Part shown: positions 1-12,505 of the stretch, in pieces
Numbering within the stretch: the first letter of the stretch is position 1
Layout of the letters: the number at the start of each line of letters is the position of its first letter
Source of the DNA: Octopus sinensis
Taxonomy: Eukaryota
Length of the DNA: 64,000 nucleotides
NCBI RefSeq assembly: GCF_006345805.1
Contig: NW_021831994.1
Span: forward strand, 1 to 64,000
Direction of reading: 5' to 3'
Translations under genes and position numbers: made by a program
The notes under the pieces: generated by a model
Database searches by the model: none
Told to the model about the DNA's origin: nothing
Seen by the model: only the letters and a program-made list of their open reading frames with translations

Positions 1-980
1 CCGACGGGTTATCCGATGGGTTACTCGTCATTTTATCTGACGGGTTATCCGATGGGTTACTCGTCATTTTATCCGACGGGTTATCCGATGGGTTACTCGT
101 CATTTTATCTGACGGGTTATCCGATGGGTTACTCGTCATTTTATCTGACGGGTTATCCGATGGGTTACTCGTCATTTTATCCGAGGGGTTATGCCGATGG
201 GTTACTCGTCATTTTATGGACGGGTTATCCGATGGGTTACTCGTCATTTTATTGACGGGTTATCCGACGTGGGTTACTCGGCATTTATCCGACGGGTTAT
301 CGATGGGTTACTCGGCATTTTATCCAGGGGGGTTATCCGATGGGTTACTCGTCATTTTATCTGACGGGTTATCCGATGGTTACTCGCATTTTATCCGACG
401 GGTTATCCGATGGGTTACTCGTCCATTTTATCCGACGGGTTATCCGATGGGTTACTCGTCATTATCTGACGGGTTATCCGATGGGTTACTCGGATTTTAT
501 CCGACGGGTTATCCGATGGGTTACTCGGCATTTTATCCGACGGGTTATCCGATGGGTTACTCGGCATTTTATCCGACGGGTTATCCGATGGGTTACTCGT
601 CATTTTATCTGACGGGTTATCCGATGGGTTACTCGGCATTTTATCCGACGGGTTATCCGATGGGTTACTCGTCATTTTATCCGACGGGTTATCCGATGGG
701 TTACTCGTCATTTTATCTGACGGGTTATCCGATGGGTTACTCGTCATTTTATCTGACGGGTTATCCGATGGGTTACTCGGCATTTTATCTGACGGGTTAT
801 CCGATGGGTTACTCGTCATTTTATCCGACGGATTATCCGATGGGTTACTCGTCATTTTATCCGACGGGTTATCCGATGGGTTACTCGGCATTTTATCCGA
901 CGGGTTATCCGATGGGTTACTCGGCATTTTATCCGACGGGTTATCCGACGAGTTACTCGTCGTTTTATCCGACGAGTTAT
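1..980. repeat. 36-bp tandem minisatellite (CC/TGACGGGTTATCCGATGGGTTACTCGT/GCATTTTAT)n, ~27 units, running off the window start
   Basis: Head-to-tail 36-mers are directly visible, with no unique spacers. Each unit has three 12-bp subunits and two GGGTTA. The array degenerates at 950-980. Confidence 0.97.
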
Positions 981-1011
981 CAGTTCTACCAGATCACCGC
1001 CTTAATTATTA

Positions 1012-1208
1012 AATATGGCACAAGGCCAGCAATTTCGGGGGAGGGGTTAAGTGGATTAGATAGAACTCCATGTTCAACAAGTTGTTATCGTATTGATGCC
1101 GCAAAGATAATAGGTAAAGTCGACCTCGGTGGAATTTGAACTCATAACGTGAAGACGGACGAGATGCTGCTAAGCATTATGCCCAGCATGCTCACCTTTC
1201 ACGGCCTT
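1012..1208 (-). mobile_element. Degenerate tRNA-derived SINE, family A
   Basis: Contains aaagtcgacctcggtggaatttgaactc (reverse-complemented B box) and gctaagcatt, as in the near-intact copies at 36644 and 58405. Confidence 0.8.
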
Positions 1209-1255
1209 AATAATTGCGTAAAATTATTTTGGCACCAGGTAAGCAATTAATATAT

Positions 1256-1303
<48 letters not shown>

Positions 1304-1349
1304 ATAATATACAATATATAAATATACATATATATACATATATATATGT

Positions 1350-1388
<39 letters not shown>

Positions 1389-1389
1389 C

Positions 1390-1420
<31 letters not shown>

Positions 1421-1443
1421 CATACATGGAATGGTCGGTACAT

Positions 1444-1544
1444 GTCATCATCATCATCATCATCACAATAATGATAATATGATAATAATAATAATAATAA
1501 TAATAATGATGATAATAATAATAATGATGATAATAATAATAATA

Positions 1545-1594
<50 letters not shown>

Positions 1595-1729
1595 TCGCGC
1601 ACATATGGTTGTGATGCATGTGCCTGGTGTACCCTTATCAGACGGGTAGTCATGATGGGTATAATGGGCTTCGTATATTTTACCCCATTGTCACTTTGAT
1701 GGCATGAACTGCTCTCTCACTCAATAATG

Positions 1730-1760
<31 letters not shown>
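1444..1760 (+). repeat. (CAT)n/(TAA)n microsatellite interrupted by a ~130-bp unique insert (1594-1722), probably the 3' end of a TAA-targeting retroelement
   Basis: Unique sequence is embedded in a TAA array on both sides. The element identity is inferred from the RLE fragments elsewhere in the window. Confidence 0.6.
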
Positions 1761-1761
<1 letters not shown>

Positions 1762-1871
1762 AGCAAAAGGTCAATAATTTCGTAGTACTTATTTTATCGA
1801 CACGTGAAAAGATGGATGGCAATGTCGACCTTGACGTAACTTGAACTCAGAACGTAAAGGCAGACAAAATA

Positions 1872-1875
1872 TGAC

Positions 1876-1911
<36 letters not shown>

Positions 1912-2159
1912 TGATGATAATGATGATGATGAACACGGTGACAATGATGATGATGGTGGTGATGATGATGACAACGATGACGACGATAATGATGACGATG
2001 ATGATGATGATGATGCCGACGACGACGACGACATGATGGTGGTGGTGGTGGTGGTGTGGTGGTGGTGGTGGGGATAATGATGATGACAACGAAGACGACA
2101 ATGATGATGATGATGATGACGATGACGATGATGACAACGACGAGGAAGACCACATGATG

Positions 2160-2191
<32 letters not shown>

Positions 2192-2290
2192 GATAATGAT
2201 GACGACAACGCTAACGTTCATCACGACAACGACGACGACGACGATGATGATGATGATGATGATCAAGATGATGATGGTGATGATGATGAC
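1872..2290. repeat. Compound (GAT/GAC/GGT/GTT)n trinucleotide low-complexity tract
   Basis: Directly visible. It explains the poly-D/M/V/S/H ORFs. Confidence 0.95.
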
Positions 2291-2938
2291 GTAAATCTTT
2301 AAAAATCTATCAAACGAATCATGAAATGCTATTTTCAATTTTGCTGAATCAACGATATAATAAGTATATCAGGTGCGATCTATTGTTTACTTGAATAAGA
2401 AACCCAGAGTGATTTAAAAGTATGTCTAAGTCAGAAACTTTTGGTATGACCTCGCGGCTTTTTTCTATGGCTGTCAATAAACCAGTCACGCTAACCACTA
2501 TTAAGAAAGTCTCACTTATATGTCCATTATGCAGCGTACTGAATCGCTGGTGCGATTTACACTCACCTCACGCAGATACATACAAATACAGACACCTCAT
2601 TGATCTCTATATATGTATCTATCTATTTACTTTTCAATCAATCATTCTCCAGCATTGAATATGTACCGTACATACATACAGGGCTAGGAAGTCATTTATC
2701 AATGCAGTATCTATTAACCAGCTACAAACATCAGCTGGGACAACATATATGGTTTTCTGCACATTCACATTCAGAACGGTACGGCAGCTGCTGCACAAAC
2801 AGTTGTCCTATGCGGCTCTCATGAAGAGGCCACTTAAATAAACTGTCTCAACGGCGCGAACAAATAGTCACTGACCTCAGACTCGCGTTTTAGTCTATTC
2901 CACTGTTGTTCCTGTGCCAACTCTAAACTGGCTTAGCT

Positions 2939-3154
2939 TTTTTTGAAAGCACTCCGTCGGTTACGACGACGAGGGTTCCGGTTGATCCGATCAACGGAAC
3001 AGCCTGCTCGTGAAATTAACGTGTAAGTGGCTGAGGACTCCACAGACACGTGTACCCTTAACGCAGTTCTCGGGGATATTTAGTTTAGGAATCGAAACCG
3101 CGATCCTACGACCGCGAGTCCGCTGCCCTAACCACGGGGCCATTGCGCCTCCAC
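2939..3154 (-). mobile_element. Internally deleted tRNA-derived SINE, family C (octopus OR-like), with 14-bp TSD
   Basis: Reverse complement matches the head and tail of the copy at 6590-6972. TSD aaactggcttagct at 2925-2938 and 3155-3168. Confidence 0.9.
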
Positions 3155-3623
3155 AAACTGGCTTAGCTAAGGCACTCGGTATCATCATTTCTCCCACCTT
3201 AGAGTTTCAGTCACACAGAATTCAATACTTGTACTTGCTAACATTTTTCTGGCACCCGACCATTTGCAGCTGTTTTAGGGAAACGTTCATGGTCGAAGCT
3301 CTCGCTAGTCTTTCAGCACCTTCTAAAGACATAGTAAGGACCTTGCGCCCAGAAGAAAATAATTCACTCACACACGCAAACAAATAGATAGATATCGATA
3401 ATTACGCACTCAAATAGTTAATGAAATAGCTCATACAGTACACGTATTTTCACATTTTCACATACATATATATATTTATATATGTATATATTATATATGT
3501 GTGTATATATATTTATATATGTTAATATATATATATATATATATATATTTATTTATTTATTTATATAAATATAAATATTTAAGCATATTTGTATGAATGC
3601 GAATGCATGTGTATATATATACA

Positions 3624-4010
3624 TGCAGGAGCGGCTGTGTGGTAAGTAGCTTTCTTACCAACCAAATGGTTCCGGGTTCAGTCCCACTGCGTGGCATCTT
3701 GTGCAAGTGTCTTCTACTATAGCCTCGGGCCGACCAAATCCTTGTGAGTGGATTTGGTAGACGGAAACTGAAAGAAGCGTGTCGTATATATATATATGTT
3801 TATATGTGTGTGTGTCTGTGTTTGTTCCTCCAACATCGCTTGACAACCGATGCTGGTGTGTTTACATCCCCGTAATCTACCGGTTCGGCAAAATAGACCG
3901 ATAGACTAATTACTAGGCTTACAAAGAATAAGGCCTGGGGTCGATTTGCTCGACTAAAGGCGGTGCTCCTGCATGGCCGCAGTCAAATGACTGAAACAAG
4001 TAAAAGAGTA
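3624..4010 (+). mobile_element. tRNA-derived SINE, family B (CORE-like motif, internal TA/TG microsatellite)
   Basis: Head gcaggagcggctgtgtggtaag, B-box-like ggttcagtccc and tail aaatgactgaaacaagtaaaagag are shared with copies at 19435, 43972, 46563 and 53686. Confidence 0.92.
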
Positions 4011-4662
4011 ATATACAGACACACAGACATAATTATACGCATACATACATATATATATATATGTTTTTATGTATGTATGTATGTATGTATATGAGTTTGT
4101 GTGTGCATGGGGTGTATTTATGAGTTGGTGGTATTTATGAATTGGTGGCCCAAGAGTAAAATAATCTGTATCAGTACCATGAGATCCCAGCTTCCTACTA
4201 TTTCTATCTGACGTGATGATATCCCACCACACTCACAGTCTAACACAATCTACTCTCAACTAGCTTCCAGCCACCGGCTGTTATAAAGTATGTCATGTTT
4301 ATACACAAGCCTCGATGCAGTAGACATCATACGGAATTGTCATTGTCTGGTTATGGCTGAACATATTTTAGTCTAACGGAAGTAGAGGAAATAGATTTGA
4401 CATGACGATGGAAGGAACAGATTATATTTCTGAAGTGCTGCATCCCATGTAGCCTTGATAGACACGCAGGCTCACGTGGAAGCAAGCTTATACATACAAT
4501 TAAGACGTTTATAGTTATACGTATATATTTATGCTTACATATACGGTCTTATATTTATATGTATATGAAAATATGTATGCGTGCATATATATGGATATAT
4601 CTGTGTGTATGTGTGCATGTTTTTATATATATATATAGATATATGTATATGTCTGTATATAG

Positions 4663-4735
<73 letters not shown>

Positions 4736-4879
4736 GCATGTCTGTATATATATATATTATGTGTGTGTGTGTGGTGTGTGTGTATTTCTATCAAGCCAGC
4801 TGTCTGTGTGTATATCTATCTATCTATCTATCAATATATCTATCTATCTATCCTATCTATCTATCTATCTATCTATATA

Positions 4880-4923
<44 letters not shown>

Positions 4924-5549
4924 TTTATGTGTGCGTACGTGTGTATAAAACGATAAGGTGACACATGCACATAGGCACACACAGACACATCATACATTCA
5001 CACGCATGCGCACATATTTTGATGATGATTTTCGAGAATGTTTTTGCAACGTTAATGGCCAAACGGATTTCGGTTTGCCTATTGTTACAAACCATACATA
5101 AAGAATGAACAAGGAAGTGTGAGAAACTTTCAATATAAAAATCATATTTTTGTATGTTACATATTAGAGTATGAAAGTGAATGCATGCATGGGTATGCGA
5201 GTGTGTTTTTGTATGTGTGTGCTCGCCTGTTGGGCGGCATATATATGTATGAGTGTGTGTAGAAACACACACTTATTTAAATATGTATTATGCCATAGAA
5301 ATACGTCTACATGATATATTTACCTGTCTCTAAACAGATACACACATGTATGCATGCATCATTAACACAGACTCAGACACAGACACACACATACACACAT
5401 ATATATATATTTATATACATACATATATATATATATATATATTGGCATATGTACATATATATACATATAAATATATATATACATGTATAGCGTGGGGAGA
5501 GCAGGGAGAGGAAGAGAGAGAGAGGGGGGAGAAGGGAAACGCAGACAAC

Positions 5550-5652
<103 letters not shown>

Positions 5653-6589
5653 CAGAAAGGAAAGAAGGAAAGAAGGAAGGAAGGAATAATGGAAAAGAAA
5701 GAAAGAAAGAAAGAAAAGAGAGAAAGAGTGGATCAAATAAATGTTCGACTTGTTTCGTTTACGAAATTCCACTGGCACGGACTCCGATCTGAACTCCAGT
5801 TAAAGAGGTTTCTAGTTAGTGCAATAAAGCCTATATTTCGAAAATTAGATGATGATGATGACTATGCATTGACAGAGATAACTCTATTTCAGAAGAATTT
5901 TTATTAAATATGAAATTTAAGTCTCTGGTGAGTCTTGTAGCTTCCTCTCTGTACTTTTGCACTTTTGCACTTTTAAGAATCCTGGAGATTGGCAATTGCA
6001 TATGCGAATGGAAAAGGCTTAAGATTATTAAATTTTGGGGCAATCACTACTTTTGGATAAATGTAATCATTTTCTTATAAAGTTGATTTGGCATATATGG
6101 GAAAGGTTTTGAATATTGCATTTAGAAGTTCCTTTATCAGCGATCTGGATATTTTCAAATGGATAAAATTGTAGGGTGCAAAATTCGAAGCCAACTTCAT
6201 TAATGGCAGCGAACGTCAGATCATATGGATTTTGTATGGTGACTATGTTGCTATGATAATGTTTAGTTTGTCTCAAAATGTCTTCTTTCTTTTAGATTGG
6301 AATAACAATTGTCGGCGAGAAATACAAAGCTGAAATTAGGAAACAAAAATACAGATACATTACAAGTAAATGCTTTTGTGGTCTCCATAAAGAGGAGGAC
6401 CTTGTTTATGGTTTGTGGGTCCTTGGAGATGAATTGCGCCTCCAATTTTGATGGTCTTTTCAGAGACCAATGAGACTCATATATCTACAGCTGAGTGAAC
6501 TGGAGCAACGTGAAATAAAGTGTCTTGCTCAATAACAAAACACAAGCCAATTTAAAAACACCATTCCTTTACAGAATAATAGTGAAAAT

Positions 6590-6972
6590 GTGGAGGCGCA
6601 ATGGCCTAGTAGTTAGGGCAGCGGACTCGCGGTCATAGGATCGCGGTTTCGATTCCCAGACCGGGCGTTGTGAGTGTTTATTGAGCGAAAACACCTAAAG
6701 CTCTACGAGGCTCCGGCAGGGATGGTGGTGATCCCTGCTGTACCCTTTCACCACAAATTTCTCTCACTCTTACTTCCTGTTTCTGTTGTACCTGTATTTC
6801 AAAGGGCCGGCCTTGTCACTCTCTGTGTCACGCTGAATATCCCCGAGAACTACGTTAAGGGTACACGTGTCTGTGGAGTGCTCAGCCACTTACACGTTAA
6901 TTTCACGAGCAAGCTGTTCCGTTGATTCGGATCAACCGGAACCCTCGTCGTCGTAAGCGACGGAGTGCTTCC
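6590..6972 (+). mobile_element. Full-length tRNA-derived SINE, family C (octopus OR-like), with 12-bp TSD
   Basis: A-box-like tggcctagtag, B-box-like gtttcgattcc, tail ending cgacggagtgcttcc. TSD aatagtgaaaat at 6578-6589 and 6973-6984. Confidence 0.93.
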
Positions 6973-7590
6973 AATAGTGAAAATACGAAGTAACAGTTAT
7001 TCTTTAGGGTTATTCCTATGGGTATATTTCATAGTCAATCTTTGTTCAGGTATCGAGAATTTCTACTGCTTTGTTTGCCGGTTTTTGTCATTCTAGAATC
7101 TTCAGTATACCATGAATTTCTGTGTTATGTAACGAATTTGTAATACACTTCTAGCACAACCTTTTGGCCTAAGGGGAAAATTAGCATAAAATGGTTAGCA
7201 CCAGCTTAGAAGAGCAGCGTGTGATCTGCACAAAACTAAGTCTAGAGTCATTATATGAGTTTCAAAATAAGTGGATATCGTTTACAAATCCCTTCATCTT
7301 TAGCTCTTTTTAAAATAACTTGCATCTATACAATCACACACACAAATACATATATATATATATATATATATTTACTTCATACTTATCTACCTACCTGACT
7401 ATCCATTCCTATATTTCTGTCCATATATGTTTAAGTACGCGTGCGCGCGTGTGTAACTATGTCCCTCTCCTTATTGCACCGTCTCGCCAAATTCACACAC
7501 ACACACACACATACACATATATTTATATATGTATGTATGTATGTCTATAGCTATCTATTTATTTATGTATATATATTTAGATATACATAC

Positions 7591-7647
<57 letters not shown>

Positions 7648-8225
7648 GTATGTATGTATGTATATGTATGTATGTATGTATGTATCTGTGTATGTGTTGA
7701 GATATATTATGTACTGAATGACTTTCAAGTCACCGATGCACTCGCAAAGAAGGATTATCCCCTTTGCATGAATTCTCCCATTTCTATATTTCATCTACAT
7801 TTTTTCTCATCTGTTTATTATATATTATTCAGTAACATATTTTTCCCCTTCAAATATGGCGATCAACGTTTTTCCCCAGCTAAACACAAGAAACAAAACA
7901 ACCGAAGGCCACTTATTTTTATAATATATAAACAGGTTTAAATAGGTTTGATATAAAATATATAAAAAAAAAACAACATCGGGTAATGGTGTTTCTGTCT
8001 ATAATTCTCTCACGCATACATTGTCTTTTGCTTTATGAATATACATGTACAAAACCCACCACACACGTACACACATACATATACATACATACATACACAT
8101 AAAACACAGACACACAGATACACAAACACGCACATATATATATACGCATATCTTTGTACGATTGTAAGTGTGCAAACAATATATGTGTGTATGTTTGTAT
8201 CTATAAGACACAGAAACATTGTTGC

Positions 8226-8259
<34 letters not shown>

Positions 8260-8382
8260 ATATAATATACATATATATGCATGTATATATAGTATATATA
8301 TATTTGTATATATATATATATATATATATACATATATACATATATACATAGATATATGTATATATATGTATATATGTATATG

Positions 8383-8424
<42 letters not shown>

Positions 8425-8463
8425 GAAATGCATGTATATCGTACTAATTTTTTTGATTATACT

Positions 8464-8500
<37 letters not shown>

Positions 8501-8982
8501 CACATATATATATATATGCATAAGTATGTATGTATTATGTATGTATGTATGTATGTATGTATGTATGCATGTATATAAATGTATACACATATAGAACACG
8601 TATAGGTAACATATAAGATTTACACATAATACAAGCTTCAAAATATGTTTTTGCGTTTTGCGTTCTCTCTCTCTTTTTTTCTGCAATATTTTCCTATATT
8701 TTGAAAATATTCTCTAGAAATTGTAAAGGTAAATTTAAACTATGGGAATCACAAGTGTATACTGATATCTCTTCTACTTCTCCATCGTCCTCATCTTCCC
8801 CTATCTTCTCCTTACTCTTATACATTTCTCATATATATTTGTCTTGTTCTATTTTTTTTCCTCTGTATGCAATAACCGTGTACGGTAGACTGTGTCGCTG
8901 TGTTTGTGTGTATGTGTGCGTATATATAAGGAAATATGTATATATATTATATATATATATAATATATATATATATCTGTGTG

Positions 8983-9015
<33 letters not shown>

Positions 9016-9139
9016 TATACATATATATGTATAATATACATATATATATATATTATACATATGTAATTTATATATATATATATATGTGTGTGTATATATA
9101 TTATATATATATATATATATAGTATATTGTGTATCTCTG

Positions 9140-9348
9140 TTTCGGTTGGTCCCCCACCACCGTTGACAACTACTGGTGTTGTACTTACATCCCTGTTAAC
9201 TAGTGGTTCTGCAAAAAATAATATGCACTGATTGAATAAGTAGTAGGCTTCAAAAAATAAGTCCATGGGTCGATTTGTGCAACTAAAACTCCTCAAAGGG
9301 CATGCCCCAGCATGGCCGCAATCAAATGATTGAAACAACTGAAAGAAT
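9140..9348 (+). mobile_element. 3' half of a family B SINE (divergent)
   Basis: gaataagtagtaggctt...ccagcatggccgcaatcaaatgattgaaacaa matches the family B tail. Confidence 0.8.
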
Positions 9349-9366
9349 ATATTGTCGTTAATTGGT

Positions 9367-9521
9367 AGTTAAGCCATAGATGGGACCCTGAGTAATTAGC
9401 ACTTGTCAGGTGTGAGATCAGCATCTGACCTCACTTCAAATGCTAGTTAAACCACAGCTGGGACCTTGAGTAATTAGCACTTGTCAGGTGTGCGGTCAGC
9501 ATCTGACAGGTGCTATTACTC
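9367..9521. repeat. ~78-bp direct tandem duplication whose second unit forms a 54-nt hairpin
   Basis: tgggaccYtgagtaattagcacttgtcaggtgtg..tcagcatctgac occurs twice. 9468-9521 is self-complementary. Confidence 0.85.
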
Positions 9522-9671
9522 CGGCCAGGTGCTATTGATCCGATCATATCAATATTCATGAACAATAGAAGCCAAGACATGATTCCACTCTCCTCAAAAC
9601 CTTGAAACTCCCGAACCAAAGCCACACGAAATGATGCAGCTTCATGTCATACGGAGGGACGTAGAAATGCA

Positions 9672-10055
9672 GTGGCAGCGCGTGGGTTGATGGTTAGGGT
9701 GTTGGACTTATGATCGCAAGATTGTGGTTTCGATTCCTAGACCGGGTGACGCGTTGTATTCTTGATCATTTATCGTTGCTCCAGTTCACTCAACAAGCAA
9801 AAATGAGTAATCCTGCGACGGGACGGCGTCCCGTCCGGGTGGGGAATATATACGCCATGAAACAGAGAAATCGGCCCTTATGAGTCCTCCCACCACCGCT
9901 GTCATCCACTGGTGTTGTACTTACATCCCCGTTAACTAACAGTTCGGCAAAAAAGAAGGAATTAAAAACACCGATTGAATAAGTACTAAGCTTCAAAAAA
10001 TAAGTGATAAAACAGAGAAATCGGCCCTTATGCGTCGGTGTGGCTCGACGTGGTA
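9672..10055 (+). mobile_element. tRNA-derived SINE, family D, interrupted by a family B fragment
   Basis: Head with gtttcgattcc and body homologous to the minus-strand copy at 19975-20208. aaacagagaaatcggcccttatg is duplicated at ~9859 and ~10010. Confidence 0.75.
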
Positions 10056-10546
10056 AATTTATCTTTTGTTATATCCTGGCTTTGGATAAATAATTTAACG
10101 AAGCAGGTGAAGAGAAAGTATTCACACGATACACCACTATTACTGTACACGAGGTTAAATGCTCTCTGCCAACGGTTCAGTGTGAATTTCTTCTCTGAAC
10201 TGCTGACAGATTTATAGCAATGTGTCAGTCCACATTTTCCCCTTTGCGGCTGGTCGATATCCTTTTTAACGTAGAAATAATGTTGGTTAGATCGAGCAAA
10301 GGTACTGTTATCACGGTACCTTTCTATGAAAGAAACATTCACATGTAAAATCTGCTGTTTTACGTGATTACTGGTTATCTTCTTTTGACTTCTTACTGTG
10401 TACTAATCACAATGACACAGAAAGTCCGTTAATTGGGCTTAGGGCGTTGAATATAAGTGAATGAAAACGTATGTAGTATTTACACCTAGACATAGTACTA
10501 CTGATATTCTTTTCTCCTCTACGCACAACGTCTTTTTTGTGGAGGA

Positions 10547-10902
10547 TGCCAGTCGATTAGATCGACACCAGTACGCAACTGGTACTTAATTTACCGACCC
10601 CGAAAGGATGAAAGGCAAAGTTGACCTCGGCGGAATTTGAACTCAGAACGTAATGGCAGACAAAATACCTATTTATTTACTACCCACAAGGGGCTAAACA
10701 CAGAGAGGACAAACAAGGACAGACAAACGGATTAAGTCGATTATATCGACCCCAGTGCGTAACTGGTACTTATTTAATCGACCCCGAAAGGATGGAAGGC
10801 AATGTCGACCTTGGCGGAATTTGAACTCAGAACGCAGCGGCAGACGAAATACCGCTAAGCATTCCGCCCGACGTGCTAACGATTCTACTAACTCTCCACC
10901 TT
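10547..10902 (-). mobile_element. Family A SINE with tandem partial duplication (full copy plus internal segment)
   Basis: Two successive ccccgaaaggatg..ggcggaatttgaactcagaacg blocks. Confidence 0.9.
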
Positions 10903-11204
10903 TGATGATGGTATAATAAACACGTGATCACATCACATGATCATTCATATGTCAGTAACTGATGAAATGAAGGGAATGGGTTTGCAGACTACAGATACAT
11001 ACATATAGATGACTAACAACATCTCGAGATAGGAGAGCAGATAGTTAAGTAGAAACATAGATACACAGATACATAAATATAGGTGGGTTAGAGCATAAAT
11101 AAATAGATTGATAAATAAATTGATTGGCACATTGATGAAGAGAAGGATAGATAGACAAGTAGAAACAGATAAAAAGGAACGTAGACCAAAAGACGGACAT
11201 ACAG

Positions 11205-11237
<33 letters not shown>

Positions 11238-11729
11238 TAGATGGATAGATAGATAGATAGATGGATAGATAGATAGATAGATAGATGGATAGATAGATGG
11301 ATAGATAGATAGATAGATAGATGGATAGATAGATAGATGGATAGATAGATAGATAGATGGATAGATAGATAGATGGATAGATAGATAGATAGATGGATAG
11401 ATAGATAGATCGATAGATAGATAGATAGATAGATAAGGAGACAGATAGATAAAGAAAGAGGGGGAGAGAGAGGCGTACAAAGCGAAAGTGATATCTGAAA
11501 ATATAGTCAAGAGTAAGATGTGTGTGTGTGTGTGTATGTGTGTGTGTGTGTGTGTGGGTGGGTGTGTTTGTATGTGAGTGTGTGACAGATGAAGAAAAAA
11601 AGTTTATCGAAAAAGTAAAAAAAGAACCATCCCTTGGTTTCCGTGGCTGACATTTAGAATTGAAATACCGTTAATGGGATTCATTTCCTTAAATAAAATG
11701 GACCTAACAATAAGAAAGTAGTAGTAGTA

Positions 11730-11764
<35 letters not shown>

Positions 11765-11949
11765 ACTATAATAATAGTACTAATAATGCTGATAAAATGA
11801 TGATGGCAAGAAGACAACGAAGTAGAAGAAGAAGAAGAAGAAGAAGAAGAAGAAGAAGAAGAAGAAGAAGAAGAAGAAGAAGAGACAACAATAATTTAAT
11901 AATGAGGAGGATGGTAATGTTACGCGACGATAATAATGGTAATAATGGT

Positions 11950-12170
11950 AGCCGTATGAAGCTCCACCTACCATCAAATATGACAAAGCGAAGATATTAC
12001 GGGACTTTATAATATGCTGTAGACTACAAGATCTATTATAATGTGCCTGACCTCATTCTCTATTAGAAAAAAATACAATGGTCTATTAATTAACGACAAA
12101 TCTATACCAAATGACTTTAACGTTGAGTGGGAAGCAGCTGGAAGGCTTAAAGTACGCCATCGAACTTCTT
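11950..12170 (+). pseudogene. Old RLE-type (R4/Dong-like) retrotransposon endonuclease fragment
   Basis: Frameshifted translation PPTIKYDKAKILRDFII / YNVPDLILY / LLINDKSIPNDFNV parallels the PD-(D/E)xK region seen at 15136 and 16218. Confidence 0.6.
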
Positions 12171-12229
12171 TGATGACATTCTTAAAATATATTATGGTAG
12201 GAAAAGATTTTAACAAAAATATCTGTGTC

Positions 12230-12292
12230 GTGGTTAGGATTACAGCTTTCCTTTTCACCCGGGCGGTCAGTGTTCGATTCCCGGCATGGTAA
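12230..12292 (+). pseudogene. tRNA-Glu(TTC)-like remnant
   Basis: GTGGTTAGGATT...TTTTCACCCGGGCGG..GTTCGATTCCCGGCATGGTAA resembles eukaryotic tRNA-Glu D arm, anticodon, T arm and 3' acceptor. The 5' acceptor strand is missing and the anticodon arm has extra bases. Confidence 0.6.
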
Positions 12293-12396
12293 CTCAATCT
12301 TTATAGAACCAGGGATGGTTGTCCGTGCTTCGCAAATACTTAATTTTGGGTTTATATTAGAAGTCATTGTCTTCTAATATAAAGGAAGAACGATCA

Positions 12397-12452
12397 AAGC
12401 CTTGAAAGTGGACTTGGTGGACGGAAACTGAAAGAAACCTGTCGAATATATA

Positions 12453-12505
<53 letters not shown>

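Noticed and set aside
1-980. CRISPR array (36-bp palindromic repeats)
   Set aside because: Repeats are head-to-tail with no unique spacers, there are no cas genes, and the context is eukaryotic.
1-980. True telomere array
   Set aside because: GGGTTA hexamers are interspersed within a 36-mer rather than contiguous (TTAGGG)n.
216-1139. 307-aa ORF as a gene
   Set aside because: It is the translation of the minisatellite running into a SINE. It switches repeat frame at indels and has no other gene evidence.
1789-2338. Poly-H/S/D/I ORFs (also 18710-19366, 11780-12012, 43511-43894)
   Set aside because: They are trinucleotide low-complexity tracts open in several frames, with no domain signal.
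5920-6460. Minus-strand RT-like remnant (METTKAFT, PFENIQI, SIRIC)
   Set aside because: No YxDD motif and only vague by-eye similarity. A profile search would be needed.
6590-6665. tRNA gene at SINE heads (also 36800-36881, 19435-19510)
   Set aside because: A/B boxes are present but there is no cloverleaf closure, and each continues into a repeated SINE body with a TSD or tail.
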